Source: Escherichia coli O127:H6 str. E2348/69 (GTDB lineage: Bacteria > Pseudomonadota > Gammaproteobacteria > Enterobacterales > Enterobacteriaceae). Taken from it: a stretch of DNA of 64,000 bases. The position numbers were made by a program, and so were the translations under genes. Below are positions 12,696-22,990 of the stretch, in pieces. Position 1 is the first letter of the stretch, and each line of letters starts with the position of its first letter. The stretch is from NCBI RefSeq assembly GCF_000026545.1, contig NC_011601.1; one strand, 5' to 3'. The notes beneath the pieces were generated by a model. That model ran no database searches, had not been told where the DNA came from, and saw nothing but the letters and a program-made list of their open reading frames with translations.

Positions 12696-14494
12696 TAGTA
12701 GACATCTCGCTGATAACGGCGCTCTACGCGCAGCTCACTTAAAAATTCATCCGCCGCTTCGGTGTCCATGCCACCAAATTCGGCAATCACTTCCAGAAGT
12801 GCCTGCTCAACGTCTTTCGCCATGCGATTAGCGTCGCCGCAGACATAAATGTGGGCACCGTCATTGATCCAGCGCCACAGCTCTGCGCCCTGTTCGCGCA
12901 GTTTGTCTTGTACGTAAATTTTTTCTTTTTGATCGCGCGACCAGGCGAGATCGATGCGCGTCAGCACGCCTTCTTTGACGTAACGCTGCCATTCCACCTG
13001 GTAGAGGAAATCTTCCGTAAAGTGTGGGTTGCCAAAGAATAGCCAGTTTTTACCCGGCGCTTCGTCGGCAGCACGCTGCTGCATAAAGGCACGGAACGGC
13101 GCGATGCCGGTGCCAGGGCCAATCATGATCACCGGGGTTTCCGGATTGGTTGGCAGGCGGAAGTTGTCGTTATGTTCGATAAAGACGCGGACTTCACCCT
13201 CTTCTTCCACACGATCCGCGAGGAAGCTGGAGGCACCACCGGCACGGGCGCGGCCTTCCACGTCGCAACGCACCACACCAACGGTAACGTGCACTTCGTT
13301 CTCGACTTCCGCCTGCGAGGAGGCGATGGAATACAGGCGCGGGGTCAGCGGGCGCAGCAGATTAATCAGCGCTTCGGCATCCAGTTGCGCCGGAGAGAAA
13401 CGCACCATGTCGACAATCGGCGTCGTCGCGGCGTAATGCTGTAATTTCGCTTTATCGCCCACCAGCGGCAGCAGCGTTTCGCTGCGGGTAAGCGTGGCAT
13501 AGTTCTCAACAATGTTGGCGGTGTTAACGGTCAGTTCGAAGTGCCACTGTAGCGCTTCGTTCAGAGGCAACGTTTTGCCCTCGACGGTGACAGGTTCATC
13601 GCCTTTCAGCCACAGCAGTTCGACAAGTTCTTTCACCAGTGCCGGATCGTTCTGATACCAGACGCCCAGCGCGTCACCCGGCTGGTAACGCAGGCCAGAG
13701 TCACCTAAGTCAATTTCAATGTGACGAACGTCTTTTTCAGAGTTACGCCCGGTAATTTTCTGGTTAACAGAGAGGCTCGCCACCAGCGGCGCGTCTTTGC
13801 TATACGGGCTGGTGTGGATTTCATTTACCGTGCCAGTAGCGACGGATTGCGAAGGTGCCGCGACAGGCGCACGCGATTTAAGCGCATCAACCACGCGGGC
13901 GCGCCACTCGCTGGCAGCAGCCTGGTATTCAACATCGGCATCGACACGGTCGAGCAGGCGTTCACCGCCCAGTTCCGCCAGCTTACTGTCAAAATCTTTC
14001 CCGGACTGGCAGAAAAATTCATAAGAGCTATCGCCGAGGCTAAACACGGCAAACGCGGTGTTTTCCAGCTTTGACGCTTTTTTGGAGAACAGGAACTTAT
14101 GCAGCGCGACGGCTTCTTCCGGCGGTTCCCCTTCCCCTTGCGTTGACGTCACCACGATAAGCAGTTTTTCGCTGGCGATTTGTTTGAATTTATAGTCACC
14201 CGCGTTCACCAGCTTAACGTTCAGTTTTGCCGCTAATAAATCATCGCGTAATGCTTCAGCAACCCGGCGCGCATTGCCGGTTTGCGAGGCGGAGATAATA
14301 GTTATACCCGGCATTTCTGCGGCGGGCGCTGGCGTCGCTGCAAGCGCAGCAGGCTGCTGGTTGAGCACGCCCCAGAAATAGCCAGAAACCCAGGCAAGCA
14401 GGGTAGGAGTTAAATCGGTCGTGGCCGCCTGAAGGCGTGCCAGTTGCTCCGGGTTCAACGGAAGCAACGCGGAAGGTGGGACCTGTGTCGTCAT
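12695..14494 (-). CDS. cysJ: sulfite reductase flavoprotein alpha subunit
   Basis: 599-aa ORF with flavodoxin-like and FAD/NADPH reductase domains. Confidence 0.93.
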   Translation of the reverse strand: MTTQVPPSALLPLNPEQLARLQAATTDLTPTLLAWVSGYFWGVLNQQPAALAATPAPAAEMPGITIISASQTGNARRVAEALRDDLLAAKLNVKLVNAGDYKFKQIASEKLLIVVTSTQGEGEPPEEAVALHKFLFSKKASKLENTAFAVFSLGDSSYEFFCQSGKDFDSKLAELGGERLLDRVDADVEYQAAASEWRARVVDALKSRAPVAAPSQSVATGTVNEIHTSPYSKDAPLVASLSVNQKITGRNSEKDVRHIEIDLGDSGLRYQPGDALGVWYQNDPALVKELVELLWLKGDEPVTVEGKTLPLNEALQWHFELTVNTANIVENYATLTRSETLLPLVGDKAKLQHYAATTPIVDMVRFSPAQLDAEALINLLRPLTPRLYSIASSQAEVENEVHVTVGVVRCDVEGRARAGGASSFLADRVEEEGEVRVFIEHNDNFRLPTNPETPVIMIGPGTGIAPFRAFMQQRAADEAPGKNWLFFGNPHFTEDFLYQVEWQRYVKEGVLTRIDLAWSRDQKEKIYVQDKLREQGAELWRWINDGAHIYVCGDANRMAKDVEQALLEVIAEFGGMDTEAADEFLSELRVERRYQRDVY

Positions 14495-14809
14495 GCGTTG
14501 TTATGTTCCAGTAAGCAAAGCTGTTTCTGCGCCCTGTCAGCGCCCATAAAACAGAAGAGAAGGTAAGGTTAACGGGGTGAACGGTGTGGATTAAAGACGG
14601 GATAGCGATAACTAATAACCAAATCGACTAACCTGTTTTAGCAATAGTCTTTAACAACAAAATAGATTAACCAACCCAATGAAAAACAAATGAATATTGC
14701 CCATCAATAAGATAAATCAGCGATTTTGCGCAACAAAGTCGTTTTAGATAATGCGAAAAAACAGCCTTTCCGGTACTCTACGGCGGTTTTATCGTCATGT
14801 AGAGAAATT

Positions 14810-15175
14810 ATGATGTCCACCACGTTATTTAAAGATTTCACCTTCGAAGCCGCTCACCGCTTGCCGCATGTCCCACAAGGGCATAAATGTGGTCGCCTGC
14901 ACGGGCATTCCTTTATGGTGCGACTGGAAATTACCGGGGAAGTCGATCCGCATACGGGCTGGATTATCGATTTCGCTGAACTGAAAGCGGCGTTTAAACC
15001 AACTTATGAGCGCCTCGATCACCATTATCTCAATGATATTCCAGGTCTGGAAAACCCAACCAGCGAAGTTTTAGCAAAATGGATTTGGGATCAGGTTAAA
15101 CCCGTTGTGCCGCTGTTAAGTGCGGTGATGGTAAAAGAAACCTGCACCGCAGGTTGTATCTATCGCGGCGAATGA
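14810..15175 (+). CDS. queD: 6-carboxy-5,6,7,8-tetrahydropterin synthase
   Basis: ORF 14726..15175; conserved start [18 protein letters not shown] gives 121 aa; QueD/PTPS motifs. Confidence 0.88.
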   Translation: MMSTTLFKDFTFEAAHRLPHVPQGHKCGRLHGHSFMVRLEITGEVDPHTGWIIDFAELKAAFKPTYERLDHHYLNDIPGLENPTSEVLAKWIWDQVKPVVPLLSAVMVKETCTAGCIYRGE

Positions 15176-15252
15176 TAAGAGTGTGTCGGCGGTCAATTTC
15201 CCTTAAGTAACGCTATGTTAGGGTGTTGTGTTCTGGATATCTGGGGCATGAC

Positions 15253-16524
15253 ATGGAAGACGACTGCGACATTATTATTATCGGTGCCGGAATTGCTGGC
15301 ACCGCTTGCGCGTTACGCTGCGCGCGAGCGGGTTTATCCGTTTTGTTACTGGAACGAGCGGAGATTCCCGGCAGCAAAAATCTTTCCGGCGGGCGGCTAT
15401 ACACTCATGCGCTCGCGGAACTCCTCCCGCAATTTCACCTGACCGCGCCTCTTGAACGACGCATCACTCACGAAAGTCTTTCTCTGTTAACGCAAGATGG
15501 CGCAACGACGTTTTCCAGCTTACAGCCCGGCGGTGAATCCTGGAGTGTATTACGTGCACGATTCGATCCGTGGCTGGTTGCCGAAGCCGAAAAAGAAGGT
15601 GTCGAATGCATCCCCGGTGCGACGGTAGATGCACTGTATGAAGAAAACGGCAGGGTGTGTGGTGTCATTTGTGGTGACGATATTCTTCGCGCCCGTTATG
15701 TGGTGCTGGCAGAAGGTGCCAACAGCGTCCTGGCGGAACGCCACGGGTTAGTGACTCGTCCTGCTGGCGAAGCGATGGCATTGGGGATCAAAGAAGCGCT
15801 GGCGCTGGAACCATCCGCTATTGAAGAACGTTTTCATCTGGAGAATAACGAAGGCGCAGCGTTGCTGTTCAGCGGCGGAATCTGTGATGACTTACCCGGC
15901 GGCGCATTTCTTTATACTAATCAACAAACGCTCTCGTTAGGGATTGTTTGCCCGCTCTCCTCCCTTACGCAAAGTCGTGTTCCGGCAAGCGAGCTGCTGG
16001 CTCGCTTTAAAACGCATCCGGCAGTGCGCCCGCTTATCAAAAACACGGAATCACTGGAGTATGGTGCGCATCTGGTGCCAGAAGGTGGCCTGCGCAGTAT
16101 GCCGGTGCAATACGCCGGTAACGGCTGGCTGCTGGTGGGCGATGCGTTGCGCAGTTGCGTCAATACCGGAATTTCCGTGCGCGGTATGGATATGGCGCTA
16201 ACTGGCGCGCAGGCGGCGGCACAAACGCTGATAAGCGCCTGCCAGCACCGCGAGCCGCAAAATCTGTTTCCGCTTTATCATCACAACGTAGAGCGCAGCC
16301 TGCTGTGGGATGTTCTACAGCGTTATCAGCATGTTCCGGCGCTTTTGCAACGCCCTGGCTGGTATCGGGTGTGGCCTGGGTTAATGCAGGATATTTCCCG
16401 TGATTTATGGGATCAGGGGAATACACCTGTTCCACCGCTGCGCCAGTTGCTCTGGCGTCATTTACGTCGTCACGGCCTGTGGCATCTGACGGGCGATGTT
16501 ATCAGGAGTCTGCGATGTCTGTAG
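15253..16524 (+). CDS. ygcN: FAD-dependent oxidoreductase, FixC/ETF-quinone-oxidoreductase-like
   Basis: ORF 15223..16524; dinucleotide-binding motif DIIIIGAGIAGTACA near N-terminus; start placed at MEDDCD (423 aa). Confidence 0.85.
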   Translation: MEDDCDIIIIGAGIAGTACALRCARAGLSVLLLERAEIPGSKNLSGGRLYTHALAELLPQFHLTAPLERRITHESLSLLTQDGATTFSSLQPGGESWSVLRARFDPWLVAEAEKEGVECIPGATVDALYEENGRVCGVICGDDILRARYVVLAEGANSVLAERHGLVTRPAGEAMALGIKEALALEPSAIEERFHLENNEGAALLFSGGICDDLPGGAFLYTNQQTLSLGIVCPLSSLTQSRVPASELLARFKTHPAVRPLIKNTESLEYGAHLVPEGGLRSMPVQYAGNGWLLVGDALRSCVNTGISVRGMDMALTGAQAAAQTLISACQHREPQNLFPLYHHNVERSLLWDVLQRYQHVPALLQRPGWYRVWPGLMQDISRDLWDQGNTPVPPLRQLLWRHLRRHGLWHLTGDVIRSLRCL

Positions 16525-16775
16525 CCCGTAATCTCTGGCGCGCTGCCGATGCGCCGCACATTGTTCCGGCTGACTCCGTTGAGCGCCAGACGGCACAACG
16601 GTTGATTAACGCCTGTCCAGCAGGTCTTTTTTCGCTCACACCTGAAGGTGGCTTACGTGTTGATTATCACGGCTGCCTGGAGTGTGGCGCCTGCCGTTTG
16701 CTGTGCGACGAATCAACACTACAACAGTGGCGCTATCCGCCTTCCGGATTCGGCATCACCTACCGCTTTGGATAA
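16515..16775 (+). CDS. ygcO: ferredoxin-like protein (FixX-like)
   Basis: 86-aa product from internal Met MSVARN; Cys-rich (CLECGACRLLC); start overlaps ygcN stop. Confidence 0.8.
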   Translation: MSVARNLWRAADAPHIVPADSVERQTAQRLINACPAGLFSLTPEGGLRVDYHGCLECGACRLLCDESTLQQWRYPPSGFGITYRFG

Positions 16776-16791
16776 ATAATAAGGATAATTT

Positions 16792-17367
16792 ATGCCCCTC
16801 TTACACCTGCTCCGCCAGAATCCGGTGATTGCTGCCGTTAAAGATAATGCCAGCCTGCAACTGGCAATCGACTCTGAATGCCAGTTTATTTCCGTGTTGT
16901 ACGGCAATATCTGCACCATTAGTAATATCGTTAAAAAGATTAAGAACGCCGGGAAATATGCTTTTATTCATGTTGATTTGCTGGAAGGCGCGTCAAATAA
17001 AGAAGTGGTGATTCAGTTTTTGAAACTGGTGACCGAGGCGGACGGAATTATCAGTACCAAAGCCTCAATGCTGAAAGCAGCAAGAGCGGAAGGTTTTTTC
17101 TGTATTCATCGACTGTTTATTGTTGATTCGATTTCGTTTCACAACATTGATAAGCAAGTTGCGCAATCGAATCCGGATTGTATTGAGATCCTGCCAGGCT
17201 GCATGCCTAAAGTGCTGGGCTGGGTGACGGACAAAATCCGCCAACCGCTGATTGCTGGCGGGCTGGTGTGCGATGAAGAAGATGCGCGTAATGCGATTAA
17301 CGCGGGTGTTGTGGCGCTTTCCACCACGAATACTGGGGTCTGGACGTTAGCGAAAAAATTGCTTTGA
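16792..17367 (+). CDS. ygcP: GlpP-family glycerol-3-phosphate-responsive antiterminator homolog
   Basis: 191-aa ORF, length and sequence consistent with the GlpP family; last gene of ygcNOP. Confidence 0.75.
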   Translation: MPLLHLLRQNPVIAAVKDNASLQLAIDSECQFISVLYGNICTISNIVKKIKNAGKYAFIHVDLLEGASNKEVVIQFLKLVTEADGIISTKASMLKAARAEGFFCIHRLFIVDSISFHNIDKQVAQSNPDCIEILPGCMPKVLGWVTDKIRQPLIAGGLVCDEEDARNAINAGVVALSTTNTGVWTLAKKLL

Positions 17368-17402
17368 CGGGATAATCGTAACAAGTTGAATTTGGTGTGA
17401 TT

Positions 17403-17473
17403 TGTAGGCTGCACGCCACATCCGACATCCAGCGCCTGATGCGACGCTTGACGCGTCTTATCAGGCCTACAAG
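17403..17473. repeat. REP/BIME element (two palindromic units)
   Basis: TGTAGGCTGCACGCCACATCCGACA ... GCCTGATGCGACGCTTGACGCGTCTTATCAGGCCTACA at the convergent ygcP/ygcQ junction. Confidence 0.7.
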
Positions 17474-17514
17474 TCCCCAGCCCAGAACCATCGGCAGGAT
17501 CATCCGGCAGCACG

Positions 17515-18375
17515 TTATTGGCAATCTGCGTGAATGTTTGTCACCAGTGCCTCCAGCACCACTTTCCAGTCATCAATCACGCCAACATCTGCCTGTGAAA
17601 ATACCGCTGCACTGGCGTCATGATTAATCGCCACCACAAACTTGCTATTGCGTACGCCCGCCATTAACGCTGCTGCGCCGGAAGCGCCAACAACAATACA
17701 CACCTCAGGTGCCAGCAGATGTCCGGAAATACCAATCACTTTTTCGGCATCAACGCCACCGTTCATCACTCGTGCCCGACTGTAGCCCACTTCGGCTCCC
17801 ATCTTTTCTGCCAGCATAGCGATTTCCTGGTTATCTGCCTCTCCGCCCTGCCCCACCACCAGCACCCGTCTGGCCTCAGCTAATGGGTCACGGGTAACAT
17901 TTTTCAGGTTTTCTATGCTGATAAGCCAGTCTGGAAGCGCGCCGGGGACAATGTTCAGTTGCTGCATCCCAGAGGGCAACGTGGCGTTTTTATCTGCTCC
18001 CGCCTGACGTGCCAGCGAAAGGCATAGCGGGCGTTTTTCTGTTTGCAGCGTCGCCGTTAGCGCATTTCCCCAGTGGGATTTGCGCACGCTTACGGTTGGA
18101 ATATCTAACGAAGTCACCTGGCAGATGCTTGCACCATGTAAACGCCAGGCCAGCCGGGTCGACAGTTCATCGCCAAACGTTCCCGGCGGAAAGAGAACAA
18201 CGTCCGCAGGCGTTCGTTGCCACTGTTCCACCAGCACATCCAGCACCTGTTCCGCAACCATCGGCTGTGGTTCTATTTGCCAATGTGCCAGGGTACAACC
18301 GCTGAAATCCTGCGCCGCCAGCCAGCTCGCTATTGCGGCATGTTCCTGATTTATTGTCACAATTGCGATATTCAT
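17515..18375 (-). CDS. ygcQ: electron-transfer flavoprotein alpha-subunit-like protein (FixB-like)
   Basis: ORF 17515..18408; ETF-alpha-like sequence; start placed at MNIAIVTINQ (286 aa). Confidence 0.82.
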   Translation of the reverse strand: MNIAIVTINQEHAAIASWLAAQDFSGCTLAHWQIEPQPMVAEQVLDVLVEQWQRTPADVVLFPPGTFGDELSTRLAWRLHGASICQVTSLDIPTVSVRKSHWGNALTATLQTEKRPLCLSLARQAGADKNATLPSGMQQLNIVPGALPDWLISIENLKNVTRDPLAEARRVLVVGQGGEADNQEIAMLAEKMGAEVGYSRARVMNGGVDAEKVIGISGHLLAPEVCIVVGASGAAALMAGVRNSKFVVAINHDASAAVFSQADVGVIDDWKVVLEALVTNIHADCQ

Positions 18376-19151
18376 GGCTGCATCCTTTGGCGTAAATAGT
18401 CCTGCCATAGCTTTTGCGCTTTTTCTGCTACCGTTTGCCCATCAATCAGCGCCGCTCTGCGTCGTTGCTCTGGCCTTGCCAGTTGCAGGCACTGTATCGC
18501 TGGCGCTTCCGCGGCAACAGTTTCGCGGGTAATCTCCGCTTTCCCCGCCGCCATTCGCTGGCGCATTCCCGGTACTGGCAAGGCCACTTCACCACACTGA
18601 CGCACGGCAATCACCGCAGGCAAGCGAACCCGGCAACAGCGTACCCCATGTTCAGTACGCTGTTCGAGGGTGATAAACGGTGCGTCGAGAGTAAAGCGCT
18701 CCACCTGGGTGAAGCAGGGCCAGACCAGCATTTCCGCCAGCAAAAATGGCGTTTGCCCATTCTGCCCTTCGCTGCTTTGGCAGCCAGTAATTATCAGATC
18801 CAGCGGATTCTGGTACTGCCATTCGGCAATATGGCGAGCGACAAATTCCGGCGCAAAGCACAGATCTGCCGCCGTCTCCAGCAATACAGCGTCCTCAAAC
18901 CCAAGAGCCATGAGATAGCGCAGCCAGTGCAACGCCCGTTCATCCCCCATGCTCAACGCGGTTAAAGACATCGGCGTACCGTTTTTTCTCTGCGCCAACA
19001 GCAGCGCGGCGGCAGCCTGTTCATCGGCACCGAGTAAACTTCGCAGAAGCGAAACATCCGGTCCGATATTACCCTGAGCCGCCGCCTGCCACTCTTTTTC
19101 CGCCAGCATTCCGGCATCCGGTTCGGCTTTAAACGCTAACAGAATGTTCAT
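18372..19151 (-). CDS. ygcR: electron-transfer flavoprotein beta-subunit-like protein (FixA-like)
   Basis: ORF 18372..19157; ETF-beta-like; 4-bp overlap with ygcQ start suggests translational coupling. Confidence 0.82.
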   Translation of the reverse strand: MNILLAFKAEPDAGMLAEKEWQAAAQGNIGPDVSLLRSLLGADEQAAAALLLAQRKNGTPMSLTALSMGDERALHWLRYLMALGFEDAVLLETAADLCFAPEFVARHIAEWQYQNPLDLIITGCQSSEGQNGQTPFLLAEMLVWPCFTQVERFTLDAPFITLEQRTEHGVRCCRVRLPAVIAVRQCGEVALPVPGMRQRMAAGKAEITRETVAAEAPAIQCLQLARPEQRRRAALIDGQTVAEKAQKLWQDYLRQRMQP

Positions 19152-20466
19152 TCGCACCTCCTACATTTCCCGCCGCCACCAGCGGGAGTGCTTTGGTTTC
19201 TGGTGCCCATAGCCAGGTCACAACAAAACCAACCAACAACACTGCCGCCAGGAGCAATAAGGTGACTTGCATTCCCCACTGCGCCAGCACCCACGGCAGC
19301 AGGCCCGTACTTACTGCCGCGCCCAACCGACTCATGGCGGTGGCAAAACCGACGCCCAGCGAGCGAATGTCAGTAGGAAAACTTTCCGCAGGCAAAATGC
19401 CCACCAGATTACTGACTGCCGAAATGGTGGTGCTGAAGAGAACAAAAAGCAGCAGCGTTAATGAACTGCCGGAAGGCAAACAGGCCATCACTACCAGCGT
19501 TGCCGCCAGCAGCAAAAAACTTCCCAGTAAAAATCTGCGATGTGCCAGCAGGTGCGTCAGAACTAATCCCAGCAGCGCGCCCACAATTAACAACGCATTA
19601 AGCATCAGGCTGGCAGTCAGCGCATCTTCCAGACCAATAGTTTGGGCGATGGTCGGCAGCCAGGTATAAATCACAAACCATGGGATTACGAGGCAGACAA
19701 AGAAGACGCTGTTAAACGCCGTGCGCCGCCAGTAGCGCGAAGAGAACAAGGTTTTGATGTGTTTATGGGTCGCCGTTGCCACTTCATCGCCCAGTAAAAC
19801 ATGCGGGCCAAAATAGCGATGAACGATAGCGTGAGCTTCTGCAAAACGCCCCTGGCGCAGTAGCCAGCGTGGCGATTCCGGCGTGCCCCAACGTAGCAGC
19901 GTAATCAGCAAAGCTGGTAACGCCGCTGATGCCAGCAGCCAGCGCCAGGCCTCCGGGCTTTCGGAAATAAAGTGATGTCCGGCAATACTTGCCAGCACAT
20001 AGCCTACGGTCCACACCACACTGAATGCGCCCAGCAAAATACCGCGATGGCGGCGCGGGGAAAATTCAGCCAGCAAGGTGTGACCGACTGAGTAATCGCC
20101 TCCCAGACCAATGCCGATCAAAATGCGCAATCCAATAAGATGCTCTGGCGTGGTGGCAAAAAATTGCAAGAACGAAGCGAGCGTAATCAGCATAAAACTG
20201 AAGGTGAAGATTTTTTGCCGCCCGATATGGTCGGAGATCCACCCCAAAACCAGGCTGCCAAGAAACAAACCAAGTAACGCCGAGCCGCCGATCATTCCCG
20301 CCATAAACGGCGTCAGTTGCATGGCGGGCGTAAGCTGAATAATGGCGTAACCAATGACGCCGAGAACATAACCGTCGGTCAGGTGTGCGCCGAAAGTGAG
20401 CGCAGCAATGCGGCAGTGAAAACGGTTAAGTGGTAAATCATCCATTCGCACCGGTGAAGTGTTCAT
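19129..20466 (-). CDS. ygcS: MFS transporter
   Basis: ORF 19129..20556; multi-TM hydrophobic sequence; start placed at MNTSPV (445 aa). Confidence 0.8.
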   Translation of the reverse strand: MNTSPVRMDDLPLNRFHCRIAALTFGAHLTDGYVLGVIGYAIIQLTPAMQLTPFMAGMIGGSALLGLFLGSLVLGWISDHIGRQKIFTFSFMLITLASFLQFFATTPEHLIGLRILIGIGLGGDYSVGHTLLAEFSPRRHRGILLGAFSVVWTVGYVLASIAGHHFISESPEAWRWLLASAALPALLITLLRWGTPESPRWLLRQGRFAEAHAIVHRYFGPHVLLGDEVATATHKHIKTLFSSRYWRRTAFNSVFFVCLVIPWFVIYTWLPTIAQTIGLEDALTASLMLNALLIVGALLGLVLTHLLAHRRFLLGSFLLLAATLVVMACLPSGSSLTLLLFVLFSTTISAVSNLVGILPAESFPTDIRSLGVGFATAMSRLGAAVSTGLLPWVLAQWGMQVTLLLLAAVLLVGFVVTWLWAPETKALPLVAAGNVGGANEHSVSV

Positions 20467-20559
20467 CTTTACCCCTTCATTGTCCGGTAATAAGAACGGC
20501 TTCTCGCCTGAGAAGCCGAAAAGGCAACGCCCTGTCATCGAGGAACGCTGCCTCACACA

Positions 20560-22014
20560 TTATTTTTCAATCGGATAGATAGTACCCGTATTCATAATGC
20601 CGTTAGGATCGAACTGTTTTTTCAGACCTTCCAGCAACGTCCACGCGCTGCCGTGTTCCAGTTTGCTCCAGTGAACGCGATGTTTACCGATACCGTGGTG
20701 GTGCACCATCGAACCGCCGAGACGAATGGTTTCTTCGCAGATGATTTTGTTGAGCGGATTGTGGTACTTGTCGATTTCCTCTTCCGGCTTACAGTCAACG
20801 ACGTTGTAGTCGTAGACGAAGTACATGTTGGTGCCGTTCTGATAGCTATGAGAGGAGTGACCGCCCAGCATGGTGATGTCGTCGGCGTGCGGGAACTCGG
20901 TACGAATACGGTTAATAACGCTTTCGTAGATTTCGTGAATGCAGCTCCAGCAGCCGGACACTTCAGTGGTAAAGCCCATGTTGCCGGTTTTGAGGATCTG
21001 CACACGTTCGGCAGCCACTTTATCCGGTCCCCAGTTCAGGTTGTTAAACCAGGTTTCGATCAGCTTGCTGTCCACGCGCTGGCACTGCGGGTAGCACGCC
21101 ACGATTTCAGCAATCCCTTCACCCGTCGCCTTCGCAATGCGAGGGTTACCTTCAGCCATAAAGATCAGCACGCATTTGCCGTCGGCAAAATGGGTGAAGT
21201 GTTGGGTGCCATCTTCAGCATCATACAAACGAGCAATCGACGGACGATACCCTTCCACCATGATTTCACGCAGGATGTTGAAGCCGGTTTTCATGTCTTC
21301 CAGCACATAGCCATAGAAGAGATTGTTTTCCGGCGTAAATTTGAAGATTTTCACTGTGACTTCAGTGATATAGCACAGTGCACCTTCGTTGCCGATGATG
21401 ATATGACGAATGTCCGGGCCAGCCGCGCGACGTGGCACGTTTTTAATGCGTGTGACGGTGCCATCTGCCAGCACCGCTTCCAGACCAACGACCATATCCT
21501 CGATTGCGCCGTAGAGTGTGGAAAACTGCCCGATACTGCGGGTCGCCACCAGGCCGCCCATCTGCGCCAGCGGCTTTGACTGCGGAGAATGCCCCGTGGT
21601 GTAACCTTTTTCACGCAGCGCGTTTTCCAGCACCTCCAGCGGAACGCCACATTGCGCCGTGGCCTGCATATTCTCAATATCAATATTAATGATTTGATTC
21701 ATGGCGGAGCCGTCGAGCACCACCGAGTTTTCCACAACGGTTTCCAGCCCACCTTCGGTGGCGGAAGCACCGGTACGTGGCACACCGTTAATTTTGTGCG
21801 CATTCATAAAATTCAGCACACGGGATACTTGTTCTGTGGAACCGAGTTTTACGACCGCTGCCGGAATTGGCAAAGTATAAATGCCATGAATATCCGGAAA
21901 TTTACGAAAACGGTCAATACTGTTCTTCTTTAATACTGTTTCATCGGTAATTACGCGATCTGCACCAACAATTTCCTTTAGCTGGTCGACAATCGCTACG
22001 CGAGATAAAGACAT
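20560..22014 (-). CDS. ygcU: FAD-linked oxidase (alkyl-DHAP-synthase / GlcD-like)
   Basis: 484-aa ORF with FAD-binding PCMH-type features. Confidence 0.82.
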   Translation of the reverse strand: MSLSRVAIVDQLKEIVGADRVITDETVLKKNSIDRFRKFPDIHGIYTLPIPAAVVKLGSTEQVSRVLNFMNAHKINGVPRTGASATEGGLETVVENSVVLDGSAMNQIINIDIENMQATAQCGVPLEVLENALREKGYTTGHSPQSKPLAQMGGLVATRSIGQFSTLYGAIEDMVVGLEAVLADGTVTRIKNVPRRAAGPDIRHIIIGNEGALCYITEVTVKIFKFTPENNLFYGYVLEDMKTGFNILREIMVEGYRPSIARLYDAEDGTQHFTHFADGKCVLIFMAEGNPRIAKATGEGIAEIVACYPQCQRVDSKLIETWFNNLNWGPDKVAAERVQILKTGNMGFTTEVSGCWSCIHEIYESVINRIRTEFPHADDITMLGGHSSHSYQNGTNMYFVYDYNVVDCKPEEEIDKYHNPLNKIICEETIRLGGSMVHHHGIGKHRVHWSKLEHGSAWTLLEGLKKQFDPNGIMNTGTIYPIEK

Positions 22015-22083
22015 AGTAATTCCTTCCTGATAATAAAAATGGAATAGTTATTAATAAGAGAAAACAGAAACCACCGTTATGAA

Positions 22084-22869
22084 TTAGCGCACTAAATAAC
22101 CGCCATCAACCACTAATAAATGTCCGTTGACATAATTCGATGCCGGACTTGCGAGGAATACGGCTGCACCCATTAAATCCTGAGTATCACCCCAACGGTT
22201 TGCCGGAATATGATCAAGAACACGCTGGTTAGTTTCTGGATTACTACGGGTCGCCAGCGTAATATCGGTTGCATAATAACCAGGAGCAATACCATTCACC
22301 TGAATATTATATTGGCCTAATTCATCGCAATAGGCTTTGGTGAATCCGGCAAGAGCATGTTTAGTGGCAGAATAAGCAGGTGACCATTGACCACCTAAGT
22401 AAGAGAACAATGAACAGATATTAATGATTTTACCGCTTTTCTGCGGGATCATAATTTTTGCCGCTTCGTAGCTTAACTCGAATGCGGCGGTCAGGTTCAC
22501 GTCAATCATCGGGTCCCAGTCGGCACGACCAAAGTCCAGCACCTTATTCAGCTTACAAATACCGGCATTGTTAACCAGAATATCTACGGTACCGAAGCGC
22601 TCACAGCAGGCAGCGATAATCTTCTGCGGCGCGCCTTCTGCGGTGATATCCACCTGCATAAAATCAACTTCGACACCCTGTTTTTCAATCATTTCCTTTG
22701 TTTCGCCGTTATCTTTGACGAAACTAGGAATAAAGACATTTGCGCCAGCTTTGGCCAACGCCATGGCAAATGCCTGGCCTAAACCGCTATTCCCGCCAGT
22801 AACAATTGCTGTTTTACCTTTCAGGGAGAAAAAATCCATTGAGAACGCATTGAGAGATTCGATTGACAT
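22084..22869 (-). CDS. ygcW: short-chain dehydrogenase/reductase (KduD / 2-deoxy-D-gluconate 3-dehydrogenase-like)
   Basis: ORF 22084..22944; Rossmann motif TGGNSGLG and catalytic YSATK; start placed at MSIESL (261 aa) because the upstream in-frame extension overlaps a leader hairpin and A/T run. Confidence 0.82.
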   Translation of the reverse strand: MSIESLNAFSMDFFSLKGKTAIVTGGNSGLGQAFAMALAKAGANVFIPSFVKDNGETKEMIEKQGVEVDFMQVDITAEGAPQKIIAACCERFGTVDILVNNAGICKLNKVLDFGRADWDPMIDVNLTAAFELSYEAAKIMIPQKSGKIINICSLFSYLGGQWSPAYSATKHALAGFTKAYCDELGQYNIQVNGIAPGYYATDITLATRSNPETNQRVLDHIPANRWGDTQDLMGAAVFLASPASNYVNGHLLVVDGGYLVR

Positions 22870-22893
22870 AGTTAGCTCCAATTTCCGTAAGGC

Positions 22894-22940
22894 AAAAAAA
22901 AAGAAAGGTAACTTCCCCCGCGAGAGGGAAGTTACCTTTC
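22894..22940 (-). terminator. intrinsic-terminator-like hairpin + U9 tract in the ygcW leader (candidate antitermination target)
   Basis: Perfect 15-bp stem GAAAGGTAACTTCCC (22903..22917) / GGGAAGTTACCTTTC (22926..22940), 8-nt loop; on the minus-strand transcript it is followed by nine U (A-run 22894..22902), ending 24 nt upstream of the ygcW ATG. Confidence 0.6.
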
Positions 22941-22990
22941 TCATTATCTCTGGTAACTGGAGATAATTTTTAGCATAAGGACATAACTGC

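Noticed and set aside
20653-21579. 308-aa ORF on + strand
   Set aside because: Lies entirely antisense within ygcU; translation is low-complexity (V/H/F/D rich). Shadow ORF.
22870-22944. N-terminal extension of ygcW in the track ORF (start at 22944)
   Set aside because: The extension would translate through the leader hairpin and A/T-run (poly-Phe codons); the internal Met at 22869 with an upstream GGAG is the credible start. The same logic was applied to trim track ORFs for surE, cysH, queD, ygcN, ygcQ, ygcS, gudD and xni.
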